Virus record (IMG/VR): IMGVR_UViG_3300045988_154120
Span: 1 to 46,108 of that record
Length of the DNA stretch: 46,108 bases
Strand: one strand, 5' to 3'
DNA from: a virus
Shown: piece by piece, positions 1-8,156 of the stretch
Numbering within the stretch: the first letter of the stretch is position 1
Layout: the number at the start of each line of letters is the position of its first letter
Notes under the pieces: model-generated
Told to the model about the DNA's origin: nothing
What the model saw: only the letters and a program-made list of their open reading frames with translations
The model's database searches: none
Translations under genes and position numbers: made by a program

Positions 1-55
1 ACTTTTCCAGCAACTGAGAAAACTTTTCTTTCTTCACATAATAAACATAATTCAC
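1..55. repeat. Terminal 55-bp overlap, identical to 46054..46108; shows the contig is circular with a 46,053-bp unit
   Basis: Base-by-base comparison of the first and last 55 nt gives an exact match. Confidence 0.95.
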
Positions 56-184
56 AGGCACATCTTCATCATCATGCGCATTGTATTCAAAAACTTTTTC
101 AACAAACTTAGAACAAATAACACCAATCTGTACATTATCATACTTTACAAAAACTTCTTTGTAAGAAAACTTATTTGTATCCAT
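1..184 (-). CDS. Hypothetical protein; N-terminal 61 codons of a 95-aa ORF that crosses the circular junction and continues 46053 down to 45950
   Basis: ATG at 184..182 with AGGAG 7 nt upstream. The frame stays open across position 1 into 46053 and ends at TAA 45952..45950. The ORF track misses it because it is split by linearisation. Confidence 0.5.
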   Translation of the reverse strand, partial: MDTNKFSYKEVFVKYDNVQIGVICSKFVEKVFEYNAHDDEDVPVNYVYYVKKEKFSQLLEK

Positions 185-206
185 TTCATCACTCCTAAAA
201 AACTTT

Positions 207-560
207 CTACACATCAACTAATGTTATCATAAACTTTTTATAATCTTCATCTGACTTTAGATAAATCTTATTGCAACCATTCATTACGTCTTCATAGTTT
301 AAGCAATCAATTTCATTATCTAAAAACTTTCTATATAAACTTTTGAATTGCGGTTCACAAATATAATGTTTAATAACGAGTATACCATTCTTATCATAAT
401 TACACCTATAAAACTTTTCATCTGCCATATAAACACATACAACACGATCTCCGTATTGTACAAATAAACTTTGTGTATTATTGATCATAAACAGCTTATT
501 AAGCTCCTCACCTATATTTATATGTTTTTCCCATAAAAACTTTGGTAATTTGTATTTCAT
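207..560 (-). CDS. Hypothetical protein (117 aa)
   Basis: Tracked ORF with AGGAG about 9 nt upstream, packed into the minus-strand early operon. Confidence 0.6.
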   Translation of the reverse strand: MKYKLPKFLWEKHINIGEELNKLFMINNTQSLFVQYGDRVVCVYMADEKFYRCNYDKNGILVIKHYICEPQFKSLYRKFLDNEIDCLNYEDVMNGCNKIYLKSDEDYKKFMITLVDV

Positions 561-609
561 TTTCTTTTCTCCTAAAAACTTTTATAAAAAACTTTTCATA
601 ATACCGTTC

Positions 610-885
610 CTATTTATCTGCAATCGTTTCTACATAACAATTATAATAAATATATCTTTTTCCATCATAGTCAAATTTTACATATCCACCATCCTTTGCT
701 TCAATATCAATTCTTCCCTCATAGCTTGCTAAAACTTTTCCATCTGCTGTATACACATTGATTATTCTATCCAATCCACCATTCAAATCAGATTTTACAT
801 CAGTACCAAAGCGATCCATAGATGCACATCCAAATAAGGAAACGCCAATCATTCCAACCATTAATAATTTGTATAATTTATTCAT
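610..885 (-). CDS. Putative lipoprotein (91 aa)
   Basis: Internal Met (MNKLYKLLMVGMIGVSLFGC...) with AGAGGA upstream. The signal peptide ends in the lipobox-like motif LFGC. Confidence 0.7.
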   Translation of the reverse strand: MNKLYKLLMVGMIGVSLFGCASMDRFGTDVKSDLNGGLDRIINVYTADGKVLASYEGRIDIEAKDGGYVKFDYDGKRYIYYNCYVETIADK

Positions 886-925
886 TTTATTCCTCTTTTC
901 TTTGACAATCCTATAAAGCACACAT

Positions 926-1090
926 TTATTCAAATTCAATATATCTTGTATCTTTCACTTTCCCACATTTCAAACACACAAGATACTGAGTCTCACCGCT
1001 GATACAATGAAACATCTCATTCTTTACACACCAAGTAAATTCATGCTTACAGAATAATCTTTTAAAAAACCATTTAATTTTGTTTATCAT
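926..1090 (-). CDS. Small Cys-rich (zinc-ribbon-like) protein, 54 aa
   Basis: Manual translation gives MINKIKWFFKRLFCKHEFTWCVKNEMFHCISGETQYLVCLKCGKVKDTRYIEFE. It is below the ORF-track cutoff and has only a weak SD. Confidence 0.4.
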   Translation of the reverse strand: MINKIKWFFKRLFCKHEFTWCVKNEMFHCISGETQYLVCLKCGKVKDTRYIEFE

Positions 1091-1235
1091 CTGAACTTCT
1101 TTCTATGTCCGATAACTATATAATTATCAGACTAACTACAAACCTTTTAAAAGCCTAGTAAATAGGCTACTTTGTAACACTTTTATAAAATAAAAACTTT
1201 ATGAAATTTTCAACCACGTTTTTATGCAATTAATC

Positions 1236-1523
1236 TCATCTTACTTCACCTGTTTCAATCATCTTTGCCGCTTGTAAAATTCCTGCCTTAACCCACTTAG
1301 ATTGATCATCATTATCAAAAACTCTTTTTGCGTTCTCTCTTAAACCTTTAACAATAGCATCAATCGAGACTTCTTTGTCTTTCTTTTCAAGAATGTATTC
1401 AATAGCATCATCGCATTTTCCAACCTTATTTGCCATAACAACAACATAGCCATCATCTAACGCTTTTTGCAATTCTTCAAAACTTTTCCCATCAAAAATG
1501 TATGATCTGATTACTTTCTGCAT
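1236..1523 (-). CDS. Hypothetical protein (95 aa)
   Basis: Tracked ORF in the early operon. Confidence 0.6.
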   Translation of the reverse strand: MQKVIRSYIFDGKSFEELQKALDDGYVVVMANKVGKCDDAIEYILEKKDKEVSIDAIVKGLRENAKRVFDNDDQSKWVKAGILQAAKMIETGEVR

Positions 1524-1560
1524 TGTTCATCCTCACTTATTTATTCAAATCTCCATATAA

Positions 1561-1791
1561 TTAATAACACCTGGGTATTGGAATTAAAGTAGTTATTCTT
1601 CCATTGTAGACAGGTATCAACGTAGTGCTGCAATGTGATGATGTATTAGACGATGTATTATTTGAACCATTAGAAGCAACAATCGCATATAACACACATA
1701 AAACAAATATAGTAATAATAAAACCAGATAATATCATTTCATCAATATGATCTCCAACCCATTCCCTTATTCTTTTTAATATCTCTATCAT
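1561..1791 (-). CDS. Small membrane protein (76 aa)
   Basis: Tracked ORF with one hydrophobic helix (ILSGFIITIFVLCVLYAIVA) and an ATGA start/stop overlap with the upstream gene. Confidence 0.5.
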   Translation of the reverse strand: MIEILKRIREWVGDHIDEMILSGFIITIFVLCVLYAIVASNGSNNTSSNTSSHCSTTLIPVYNGRITTLIPIPRCY

Positions 1792-2255
1792 TTGCTTAAA
1801 TCTCCCATAACGAGCTTTTTAAGCTCTTTTTTCATTGCGTAATACATTTTCATTCTGCTACAGTACTTTTCTCCTGAAAGCTTCTCAAACGACTCTCCAT
1901 CGATATAATGACGTTTCATATATAAACGAACATCATCATTTGGAATAAGATCAATAATTGTTTCAGCTTCTCTCATCTTTCCTAAGATAAGATTCTTGTC
2001 GTCTTCAAGCACTTTTTCTTTTGAAATAAACTTTACAAGAACATCATTTGTAATATCCATATTTTTCTTTGAATCCAACCTTTGTTCAAACGATGGAGAT
2101 TTTGGATCTGAAAATTCTTTTTTGCGAACCTCCAAATCCTTTAAAATTCCATCCAACGATTTAAACTTTCTTTCATAAATCTTGAACATTTCAAGTTTTT
2201 TAATCAGTGTATCCACCTGAACATCTACATATTCTTCATAATCCGTTTTACTCAT
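1788..2255 (-). CDS. Putative late-gene transcriptional activator (ArpU/DUF1492-like, with a sigma-70 region-4-like C-terminus)
   Basis: The C-terminus RLYMKRHYIDGESFEKLSGEKYCSRMKMYYAMKKELKKL fits the region-4 HTH pattern. It lies at the distal end of the early operon, as RinA/ArpU genes usually do. Confidence 0.45.
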   Translation of the reverse strand: MSKTDYEEYVDVQVDTLIKKLEMFKIYERKFKSLDGILKDLEVRKKEFSDPKSPSFEQRLDSKKNMDITNDVLVKFISKEKVLEDDKNLILGKMREAETIIDLIPNDDVRLYMKRHYIDGESFEKLSGEKYCSRMKMYYAMKKELKKLVMGDLSK

Positions 2256-2387
2256 TTTCTCTCCTATGCAATCTCTTCAATTTCCTCAATGCTGCATGAT
2301 GGAAATTTCATATAAAATTTGTACATTGCCATACTTTTTGATTCCTCCTGAACTTCCATCACACAAATATTATTGTCTTTGATATAT

Positions 2388-2600
2388 TTAATCCTGTATT
2401 TCTTTAACACCTTTATATCCTAACCTTTCTAATTCTTTTTTTCTTTCTTCATTTTCTCTACATTTAATCCATGTGCATCCTTCTACAAACCAATCATCTC
2501 CATATATGTCAAAAATCCGTTTCATAGTATAATAAAAAACATCTTCTTCGTCTAAGTGATCTACAATAAAAGCTAATTCTTCTCTTGGTATGAATTTCAT
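2388..2600 (-). CDS. Hypothetical protein (70 aa)
   Basis: Tracked ORF with GAGGAG upstream. Confidence 0.55.
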   Translation of the reverse strand: MKFIPREELAFIVDHLDEEDVFYYTMKRIFDIYGDDWFVEGCTWIKCRENEERKKELERLGYKGVKEIQD

Positions 2601-2698
2601 TTTGTCTCCTCAAATCCTTCATAAGAACTGCGATACATACATTTGTATGCTCGCAAGTCCTTTTTCTTTTGTTCCAATTCGTGCATTAACACTTCATT

Positions 2699-2797
2699 CT
2701 AATCTTCTAAATTGTTGATTCTTCCAGATACAACAACCGAATACAACATCATTGCTGCAATGCTACCGAAAAAGAGTCCTGCAATAAAATAAATCAT
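2699..2797 (-). CDS. Possible 32-aa single-pass membrane peptide
   Basis: Manual translation gives MIYFIAGLFFGSIAAMMLYSVVVSGRINNLED. It has a TGATG overlap with the upstream stop and no independent support. Confidence 0.3.
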   Translation of the reverse strand: MIYFIAGLFFGSIAAMMLYSVVVSGRINNLED

Positions 2798-3027
2798 CAC
2801 TCATTCTCTCCGACAAATTCAATCTGTTCTCTGTCTACGCAAAATCTAGCACCATCATTAAATTCGATGTCATACAAATATCTAGTCGTGCCAACTAGTA
2901 CACAAATGTTTTGCTGATGAACAATATTACCAACTTGACCGATGTAATCTTCTTTGTGTTTACCAGTACTACTAATCAATTCTTCTTCATACGTATCATC
3001 TAAACTCAGTAATATAGCTTTCTGCAT
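2797..3027 (-). CDS. Hypothetical protein (76 aa)
   Basis: Tracked ORF whose start abuts the stop of 3027..3635. Confidence 0.55.
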   Translation of the reverse strand: MQKAILLSLDDTYEEELISSTGKHKEDYIGQVGNIVHQQNICVLVGTTRYLYDIEFNDGARFCVDREQIEFVGENE

Positions 3028-3635
3028 TATTTGATTACCTCACAACTTTCTAGAATATCTTTAATCAATTCGTCACCATTAATATTCTTGAAATGTCCTT
3101 TTTCTTTCATTTCTTTTAGTAAACCCATTTCCTTGAACTTAAAATCAACCGAGAAATGTTGTAACAAATCGTATTCAAATTGAGTTAGTTTGAATGTTGG
3201 CTTTTCATGTGGCTTCTTTAACCATTCTTTAAATTTTTCGTTGCAATTATTTTCATTGTCTTTACATACATAAAATTCGCAATCACTGCAATAAACAACA
3301 CTATTACATAGTTTAGGTTTTCCTTTGACTATTGCTAGATTAAACATACAATTTTCTATGATTTCATCTTTAAAATGTTCATAATTAGTTTCTTGCTTGG
3401 ACTCTGATTCAAACCATCCTAATTCTTTACATTGTTGAATAATTGCCTGTAACTCATTTAAGTGAATGGTATGAAAGGTTTGATTAATTATTATTTGTTT
3501 ACCATTCAAATAAAATATAACTGAATCAGTTGGCCCAGAACATTTATTGTATCTGTAAGTATCATTTACTCCATCACTGGTATATTCTCTTTCAAATTCA
3601 TACCCTAATTGCTTAAACATCTCTTCTGCATTCAT
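3027..3635 (-). CDS. Paralog A of the MF-x-x-LGY family, with a Cys-rich C-terminal half (202 aa)
   Basis: The N-terminus MNAEEMFKQLGYEF...LQAIIQQCKELGWFE aligns by eye with the next two genes. Confidence 0.65.
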   Translation of the reverse strand: MNAEEMFKQLGYEFEREYTSDGVNDTYRYNKCSGPTDSVIFYLNGKQIIINQTFHTIHLNELQAIIQQCKELGWFESESKQETNYEHFKDEIIENCMFNLAIVKGKPKLCNSVVYCSDCEFYVCKDNENNCNEKFKEWLKKPHEKPTFKLTQFEYDLLQHFSVDFKFKEMGLLKEMKEKGHFKNINGDELIKDILESCEVIK

Positions 3636-3645
3636 TATATCGACC

Positions 3646-4053
3646 TCAATCTACAATCTTTCTGCCACAATTTGGACAATATCTCGGTGCGTATTCTTTC
3701 ATACATCTATCTTCTGGATAATCTTCATCAATTTCGATTTCGTTATAATTTTCGATAATAATTCCACAATTTGAACATTCAAATCCATCTACTAAATTAT
3801 ATTCTGAATTGTTGGTACAAGTTTCTTCTTCTAGCCATCCAAGTTCCTTTAATTGTTGTTGAATTGCTTTTAATAAAGCGTTATTTATCGTATAGGCTTC
3901 ATGGTCATCATACAATTCAACTTCTTTTTCTGTTAAATCAAACGTGATTTCAAGGTAACGAAACATTCCTTTTAGTTCTTTTGCATATATTAATTTTTTT
4001 GAATCTAAATTTCTTGTATATCCTAGCTTTTCAAACATATCTCTAGCATTCAT
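3646..4053 (-). CDS. Paralog B of the MF-x-x-LGY family, with a C-terminal CxxC...CPNCG zinc ribbon (135 aa)
   Basis: MNARDMFEKLGYT...LKAIQQQLKELGWLEE, plus CSNCG...CPNCG. Confidence 0.65.
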   Translation of the reverse strand: MNARDMFEKLGYTRNLDSKKLIYAKELKGMFRYLEITFDLTEKEVELYDDHEAYTINNALLKAIQQQLKELGWLEEETCTNNSEYNLVDGFECSNCGIIIENYNEIEIDEDYPEDRCMKEYAPRYCPNCGRKIVD

Positions 4054-4303
4054 AAGTAAATCCGCCTCCTAACTCATCTATTTGTTTATATATTGCTACT
4101 AACTCTTTGGGACTTAAAATTTGTTGAAAACATCCACCTTTTTGCCCAAAGTAATGAGCGTTATAAGTTTTATCCTTCAAATCGAACTGAATATAGCAAA
4201 AACTATTTCCGTAAGGCTTTCTATACGAAATAAAACGCTCATTTAGTATTCTTTCTCTTTCATAGCCTAATCTTTTGAACATTCCTTTAGCAGTTATTTT
4301 CAT
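4043..4303 (-). CDS. Paralog C of the MF-x-x-LGY family (86 aa from the internal Met)
   Basis: MKITAKGMFKRLGYER...AIYKQIDELGG. GAGGAAAA lies upstream of the ATG at 4303; the tracked start at 4318 lacks an SD. Confidence 0.6.
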   Translation of the reverse strand: MKITAKGMFKRLGYERERILNERFISYRKPYGNSFCYIQFDLKDKTYNAHYFGQKGGCFQQILSPKELVAIYKQIDELGGGFTYEC

Positions 4304-4658
4304 TTTGATTTTCCTCATATGGCTTTGGTAATTGTCTCCAAGCTAAATCTTCTATTTCAATTCCACTGAAAAGCTCATATCCTTCATCTGCTTCACACCA
4401 AGTATCTTGCCATACGCTATCACCATCAGACACAAGTATTTCTTCATCAACATCAGGCAACTCACAATTAAGTACACCTTCTTCATCAAAAGTGAACGGA
4501 ATCCATTCAAATGAATCTACCTTGTCAACTAATTCTTGCAATGTTCCACATGCGTTAGAATAAAAATCTTGCAAATACCTCTGAGTGTAATATCCATCAC
4601 CACTTTCATCTAACACTATGTTTCTGATTTTGTTTAAAGCTTCTTGATATTTATTCAT
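4287..4658 (-). CDS. DUF551-like phage protein (123 aa)
   Basis: The C-terminal pattern WIPF...LP...VLVSDG..VW...W.....AWRQLPKPY resembles the DUF551 signature (recalled from memory). Confidence 0.55.
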   Translation of the reverse strand: MNKYQEALNKIRNIVLDESGDGYYTQRYLQDFYSNACGTLQELVDKVDSFEWIPFTFDEEGVLNCELPDVDEEILVSDGDSVWQDTWCEADEGYELFSGIEIEDLAWRQLPKPYEENQNENNC

Positions 4659-4684
4659 ACGCTTTTATCTCCCTCTTTAAATCA

Positions 4685-4957
4685 TCAATAGAGTTGATAC
4701 TCATATGCCTTTATCTCCCTTTTTAAATCGTCAATGGCTTTCTTAACATCCTTTAAATCCATATCAAAGTTACTAACTAAATCTGCCATACGATTGTTAG
4801 AATAGCTCTGTAAAGCCGATTCTAGCGTTGTATGGTATGAGATAGGTTTTTGTACGCCTATCTCATTTCCTTCTTTATCCTTACCCTTTACGAACGTTAC
4901 AAGGGCGAATGAACCACTGCTAGAAGTGATTGCATAATTGTTTTGTAATCTAATCAT
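4685..4957 (-). CDS. Hypothetical protein (90 aa)
   Basis: Tracked ORF in the early operon. Confidence 0.55.
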   Translation of the reverse strand: MIRLQNNYAITSSSGSFALVTFVKGKDKEGNEIGVQKPISYHTTLESALQSYSNNRMADLVSNFDMDLKDVKKAIDDLKREIKAYEYQLY

Positions 4958-5211
4958 TTGTTGCCCTCTTTCATTATTTTTAAATCGAGCAAAAATCTTT
5001 TCATCAAAAAGATTTTGTTTGCCATTCTGTCTACAATTCTATGTAAACTCCATATTCTGCTATTATCAACTTCTGATAAGCAGTCAGATTCTTTTAAAAC
5101 ATTCTCCAACTCATCTTTATACTTTTTTAGACATTCTGTGTCATCTTCAATTTCTATAGTGTACATTTCAATTAAAGAATCAAGTCCTTCTTCAATCCTT
5201 GTTTTAATCAT
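4954..5211 (-). CDS. Hypothetical protein (85 aa)
   Basis: Tracked ORF with 4-nt overlaps to both neighbours. Confidence 0.55.
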   Translation of the reverse strand: MIKTRIEEGLDSLIEMYTIEIEDDTECLKKYKDELENVLKESDCLSEVDNSRIWSLHRIVDRMANKIFLMKRFLLDLKIMKEGNK

Positions 5212-5441
5212 TGTTCTTGCTCCTTTAGCTTTTTAACAAATTCATCAGTTTCTTTTTTGATTTGCACCATTCTTTTAAGCTTTCTCAAACTTGCGTTTTG
5301 CTTTTTTCTCAGTTTCTTCATAATTAATTCTTGTTCTTTTTTTGAATCATCCTCAAGCATTTGATTGAATTGTTCTTTAACCTTTTTTTTATACTCTTCT
5401 TCTGTGAATCTGTTTTTTTCTTCTAATTCTTTATCTGTCAT
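5208..5441 (-). CDS. Lys/Glu-rich hypothetical protein (77 aa)
   Basis: Tracked ORF with overlapping neighbours. Confidence 0.5.
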   Translation of the reverse strand: MTDKELEEKNRFTEEEYKKKVKEQFNQMLEDDSKKEQELIMKKLRKKQNASLRKLKRMVQIKKETDEFVKKLKEQEQ

Positions 5442-5646
5442 TTTTATTCTTTATCCTTTCATCAACTTTTTCTAAGCAATATTCCGTACAATTATCGTAT
5501 TTTAAACATTTGCCAAGCTTATACGCTACACATTTATTTTGTAAGCATTTATGTAGTACTGGTCTTGTAAATGTTCCTGTGCCAATCGTAATTGGTACAA
5601 CTTCTTCTTTTGAAGTTAAATCAGGACAAAATTTAATCATCTTCAT
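5431..5646 (-). CDS. Cys-rich hypothetical protein (71 aa)
   Basis: Tracked ORF containing 7 Cys. Confidence 0.5.
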   Translation of the reverse strand: MKMIKFCPDLTSKEEVVPITIGTGTFTRPVLHKCLQNKCVAYKLGKCLKYDNCTEYCLEKVDERIKNKNDR

Positions 5647-6007
5647 CTTTTTCTTCTTTCTGTTTCACTAATTCCTCATATTTATCGGCTATAAATCCAT
5701 CCATATCTTGTTTTGTGAACCCTAGATTTAATAAATCATCTTTATAATTCACTCCATAATTCCATGAATCTATATCTAAATAGTACTCTAGTGAATAGTT
5801 ATCAACATTTAACAATCTACAATTGCGTTCTAGAATGTATTGCTTATACTGCTCTATTTTTTCGGCTAAATCATTTATTTCTTTTTTTGCTTGTGCAACA
5901 TCTTCGCTATGTGATTCTTGTTCCTCTTTTAGCCTTCTTTTTAAATACTCGTTATTACTTTTTAACAAATCATATGTTTCTAGTGACATTTGAACAAACG
6001 CTTCCAT
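5633..6007 (-). CDS. Coiled-coil hypothetical protein (124 aa)
   Basis: Tracked ORF. Confidence 0.55.
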   Translation of the reverse strand: MEAFVQMSLETYDLLKSNNEYLKRRLKEEQESHSEDVAQAKKEINDLAEKIEQYKQYILERNCRLLNVDNYSLEYYLDIDSWNYGVNYKDDLLNLGFTKQDMDGFIADKYEELVKQKEEKDEDD

Positions 6008-6178
6008 TTAAAAATCATCCTCCTCATTTGAATCATCATTAATAATTGCGTTGTATAAGTATTCAATACGTTCTCTGTATTCTTCTTTTGTGATTTCTGA
6101 TAAAGGCTTTTTGAATGATGTAGGCAATAATTTAAATCCAAATTCTTTTTCAAATTCATCTAAATCTTTTTCCGTCAT
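6008..6178 (-). CDS. Acidic 56-aa hypothetical protein (missed by the ORF track)
   Basis: Manual translation gives MTEKDLDEFEKEFGFKLLPTSFKKPLSEITKEEYRERIEYLYNAIINDDSNEEDDF. It has an ATGA overlap with the stop of 6175..6429, and its TAA directly abuts the next ATG. Confidence 0.5.
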   Translation of the reverse strand: MTEKDLDEFEKEFGFKLLPTSFKKPLSEITKEEYRERIEYLYNAIINDDSNEEDDF

Positions 6179-6429
6179 ACTTCAACATCCTCATCTTTTG
6201 GCATTTCATAAACAAGTACTTCATCAATGTCAGCATATTTGATTCTAAAATAAATATCATTCAATACCTCCATTGCTTTTTCTTTGGTTGAATATTCGCC
6301 TAATTCTTGTTCGTATCTATCATAGTGCCCATGAATTGAGTAATAAACGCAACCATCAATATCGCATTTACAAATTCTAAGCGAATTAACGTTTGCTAAT
6401 ATATAATTGTTCTGTGTTCTAATCCACAT
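6175..6429 (-). CDS. Hypothetical protein (84 aa)
   Basis: Tracked ORF. Confidence 0.55.
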   Translation of the reverse strand: MWIRTQNNYILANVNSLRICKCDIDGCVYYSIHGHYDRYEQELGEYSTKEKAMEVLNDIYFRIKYADIDEVLVYEMPKDEDVEV

Positions 6430-6430
6430 C

Positions 6431-6928
6431 TTAGTACCCCTTTGCTAACCTTTCTTTGTTAATTTCATTCTTGCGAATATATTCTTTATAAATTTTTTCT
6501 AATGAAAATCCCATGTGCAATCCAAGTGCGATTACGTAAGCTAATACATCATCATCTTCTACACTACCAAGTACTCTGCTATACACATAAGCTTGTCCAA
6601 GCTCTGAATCAAACTTTAGTGTCCTATAGTTATATTCAATGTCCTCATTTTGATAACGACAATCACCATAAGTAATTTCAAACATTAACGCAAAATGAAG
6701 TACATCTACATATTCTTCAAATACTTTAGCTACATCTACAGGCTCTTGTGTAAATTTCCACCAACACCAATCAGATTTTTGAGCATGCATCAATTCGCCT
6801 AATTCATCAAATAATGCCCTTTCTAATTGTTGTCTAGAAACACTTGTAACATTGTGTTTCTTAAACACTTCTGCATCATGTTTATTTTGCCTGCATAGCA
6901 TATCTTTAATCATTTCTGTACTTGTCAT
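6431..6928 (-). CDS. Dimeric dUTPase / MazG-like all-alpha NTP pyrophosphatase
   Basis: The pattern ...LGELMHAQKSDWCWWKF......EEYVDVLHFALMF resembles phage dUTPase_2. AGGAGG precedes the ATG at 6928. Confidence 0.55.
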   Translation of the reverse strand: MTSTEMIKDMLCRQNKHDAEVFKKHNVTSVSRQQLERALFDELGELMHAQKSDWCWWKFTQEPVDVAKVFEEYVDVLHFALMFEITYGDCRYQNEDIEYNYRTLKFDSELGQAYVYSRVLGSVEDDDVLAYVIALGLHMGFSLEKIYKEYIRKNEINKERLAKGY

Positions 6929-6930
6929 TT

Positions 6931-7533
6931 CTATCCTCCTACATTTGGGCAAATACAATCCCAGTTATAATCATCGAATTTAACTTCTTCATCTTTGGTG
7001 ATTTCTCCATCAATAATTTCAATAATTTGGTTAAAGCACATTCCACATTCAAATGCATGAATTCTCATATCAACTCCATATTGCTTACAAGAATTTAATA
7101 GTTCTTCCGAACTAATACCCCATGCGAATTCTGCTTCAAGTCCAATTGCGATTTTTCCTTCATCGTTCCAATCATAAGTAAATACATCCAAGTCAAGAAT
7201 AAATCCTCTGCGAGTTCCTTTAATCCAGCATCTGCTACATTTAACACGACCATTATCATCATCCATCTTCAACGCTTCTAAATCTTCTGCATGAATATCT
7301 CTGATGTCCGTAACTTTGAAGTCAGTGCCATGAACTGCGTTGTATGAATTGATTGCAAACTTATCGAACTCAACAACTTTGTAATGTTCAAATTCTGCTC
7401 CGATTCTTTTCAAAGCCATAGCTTGTGAGCCATAACCTGCAAATAATTCTATAAGTCTAATTGGCTTTGTGATTTTCACTTCTTCGCACAGTATATCGAA
7501 AATCGTTAGCTGCTGTTCACTAATATTTTCCAT
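6931..7533 (-). CDS. Protein derived from a C5-cytosine methyltransferase: the N-terminal SAM-binding half is retained, the catalytic PC motif and C-terminal motifs are absent, and the C-terminus is Cys-rich
   Basis: IRLIELFAGYGSQAMALKRIG...VEFDKFAINSYNAVHG matches Dcm motifs I-II. Where DLLTYSFPCQ is expected the sequence reads DLDVFTYDWNDEG. The protein is only 200 aa. Confidence 0.6.
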   Translation of the reverse strand: MENISEQQLTIFDILCEEVKITKPIRLIELFAGYGSQAMALKRIGAEFEHYKVVEFDKFAINSYNAVHGTDFKVTDIRDIHAEDLEALKMDDDNGRVKCSRCWIKGTRRGFILDLDVFTYDWNDEGKIAIGLEAEFAWGISSEELLNSCKQYGVDMRIHAFECGMCFNQIIEIIDGEITKDEEVKFDDYNWDCICPNVGG

Positions 7534-7592
7534 TTATTTTTCCTTTCCAACATATCTTCAATCATTTATGTACTTGTCATTTATTTCTCCTT

Positions 7593-8156
7593 TTATTCAG
7601 CTATAAAATTTGTGATATATGTTAATTCTTTCATTCTTTCTACCGCTTCTTCTTTAATGAATTGCAAAGTTGCTCTCTTTGCTACTTCAAAACTTTTAAA
7701 CGGATGAACAATGCTTATTGTTTCTCCAAAATACAACGTAAAATATACATAAAACAATTTTGGCTCACTCTCGTTAATCTGGTTCTCTTCAATTGTTGCT
7801 ATTGCTCTGCTTTCATTGTAGGCATCAGTCAATACAAGTCGTGTTATTTTTTCCCCGTCAAATCTATTTTTTTCCCATATTAATTTCATATTTTCCTCTT
7901 CGGCAACAACTTCAGAATTGTTATCTTCTGTTCTTCTATGTTTTACATGATATTGTCCAGTTAATAGTCTATATAAACAAATTTTTCCACCAAAAAATTC
8001 AAGATTTCTAGAATCAAGTTCCATTGATCGTACTTCTAAATCTTCATTGAAATACAGTGGGTTGCATTGCTTAAACTCACCATCCACATCAAATGCATCA
8101 TATGGTTCTAAACCATTTTCTTCCATGAATTTTTCAATAACTTTTGATTCAATCAT
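7593..8156 (-). CDS. Hypothetical protein (187 aa from the internal Met)
   Basis: AGGAGG precedes the ATG at 8156, and there is an ATGA overlap with the stop of 8153..8359. Confidence 0.55.
   Translation of the reverse strand: MIESKVIEKFMEENGLEPYDAFDVDGEFKQCNPLYFNEDLEVRSMELDSRNLEFFGGKICLYRLLTGQYHVKHRRTEDNNSEVVAEEENMKLIWEKNRFDGEKITRLVLTDAYNESRAIATIEENQINESEPKLFYVYFTLYFGETISIVHPFKSFEVAKRATLQFIKEEAVERMKELTYITNFIAE

Noticed and set aside
481-732. Plus-strand ORFs lying inside minus-strand genes. Examples are 481..732, 1996..2178, 4938..5236, 5764..6242, 7662..8011, 8241..8586, 9466..10010, 12023..12208, 12385..12636, 13386..13568, 14534..14716, 17217..17831, 21957..22196, all plus-strand ORFs within 26634..40652, and 40891..41091.
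   Set aside because: They are antisense shadows of clearly coding minus-strand genes. They have low-complexity Phe/Leu/Ser/Ile-rich translations and no SD, and they break the tight operon structure.
2264-2332. 22-aa micro-ORF (MAMYKFYMKFPSCSIEEIEEIA) with an AGGAGG SD, and a 29-aa ORF at 2597..2686.
   Set aside because: They are too short to support from sequence alone. They are noted as possible leader peptides but not called as features.
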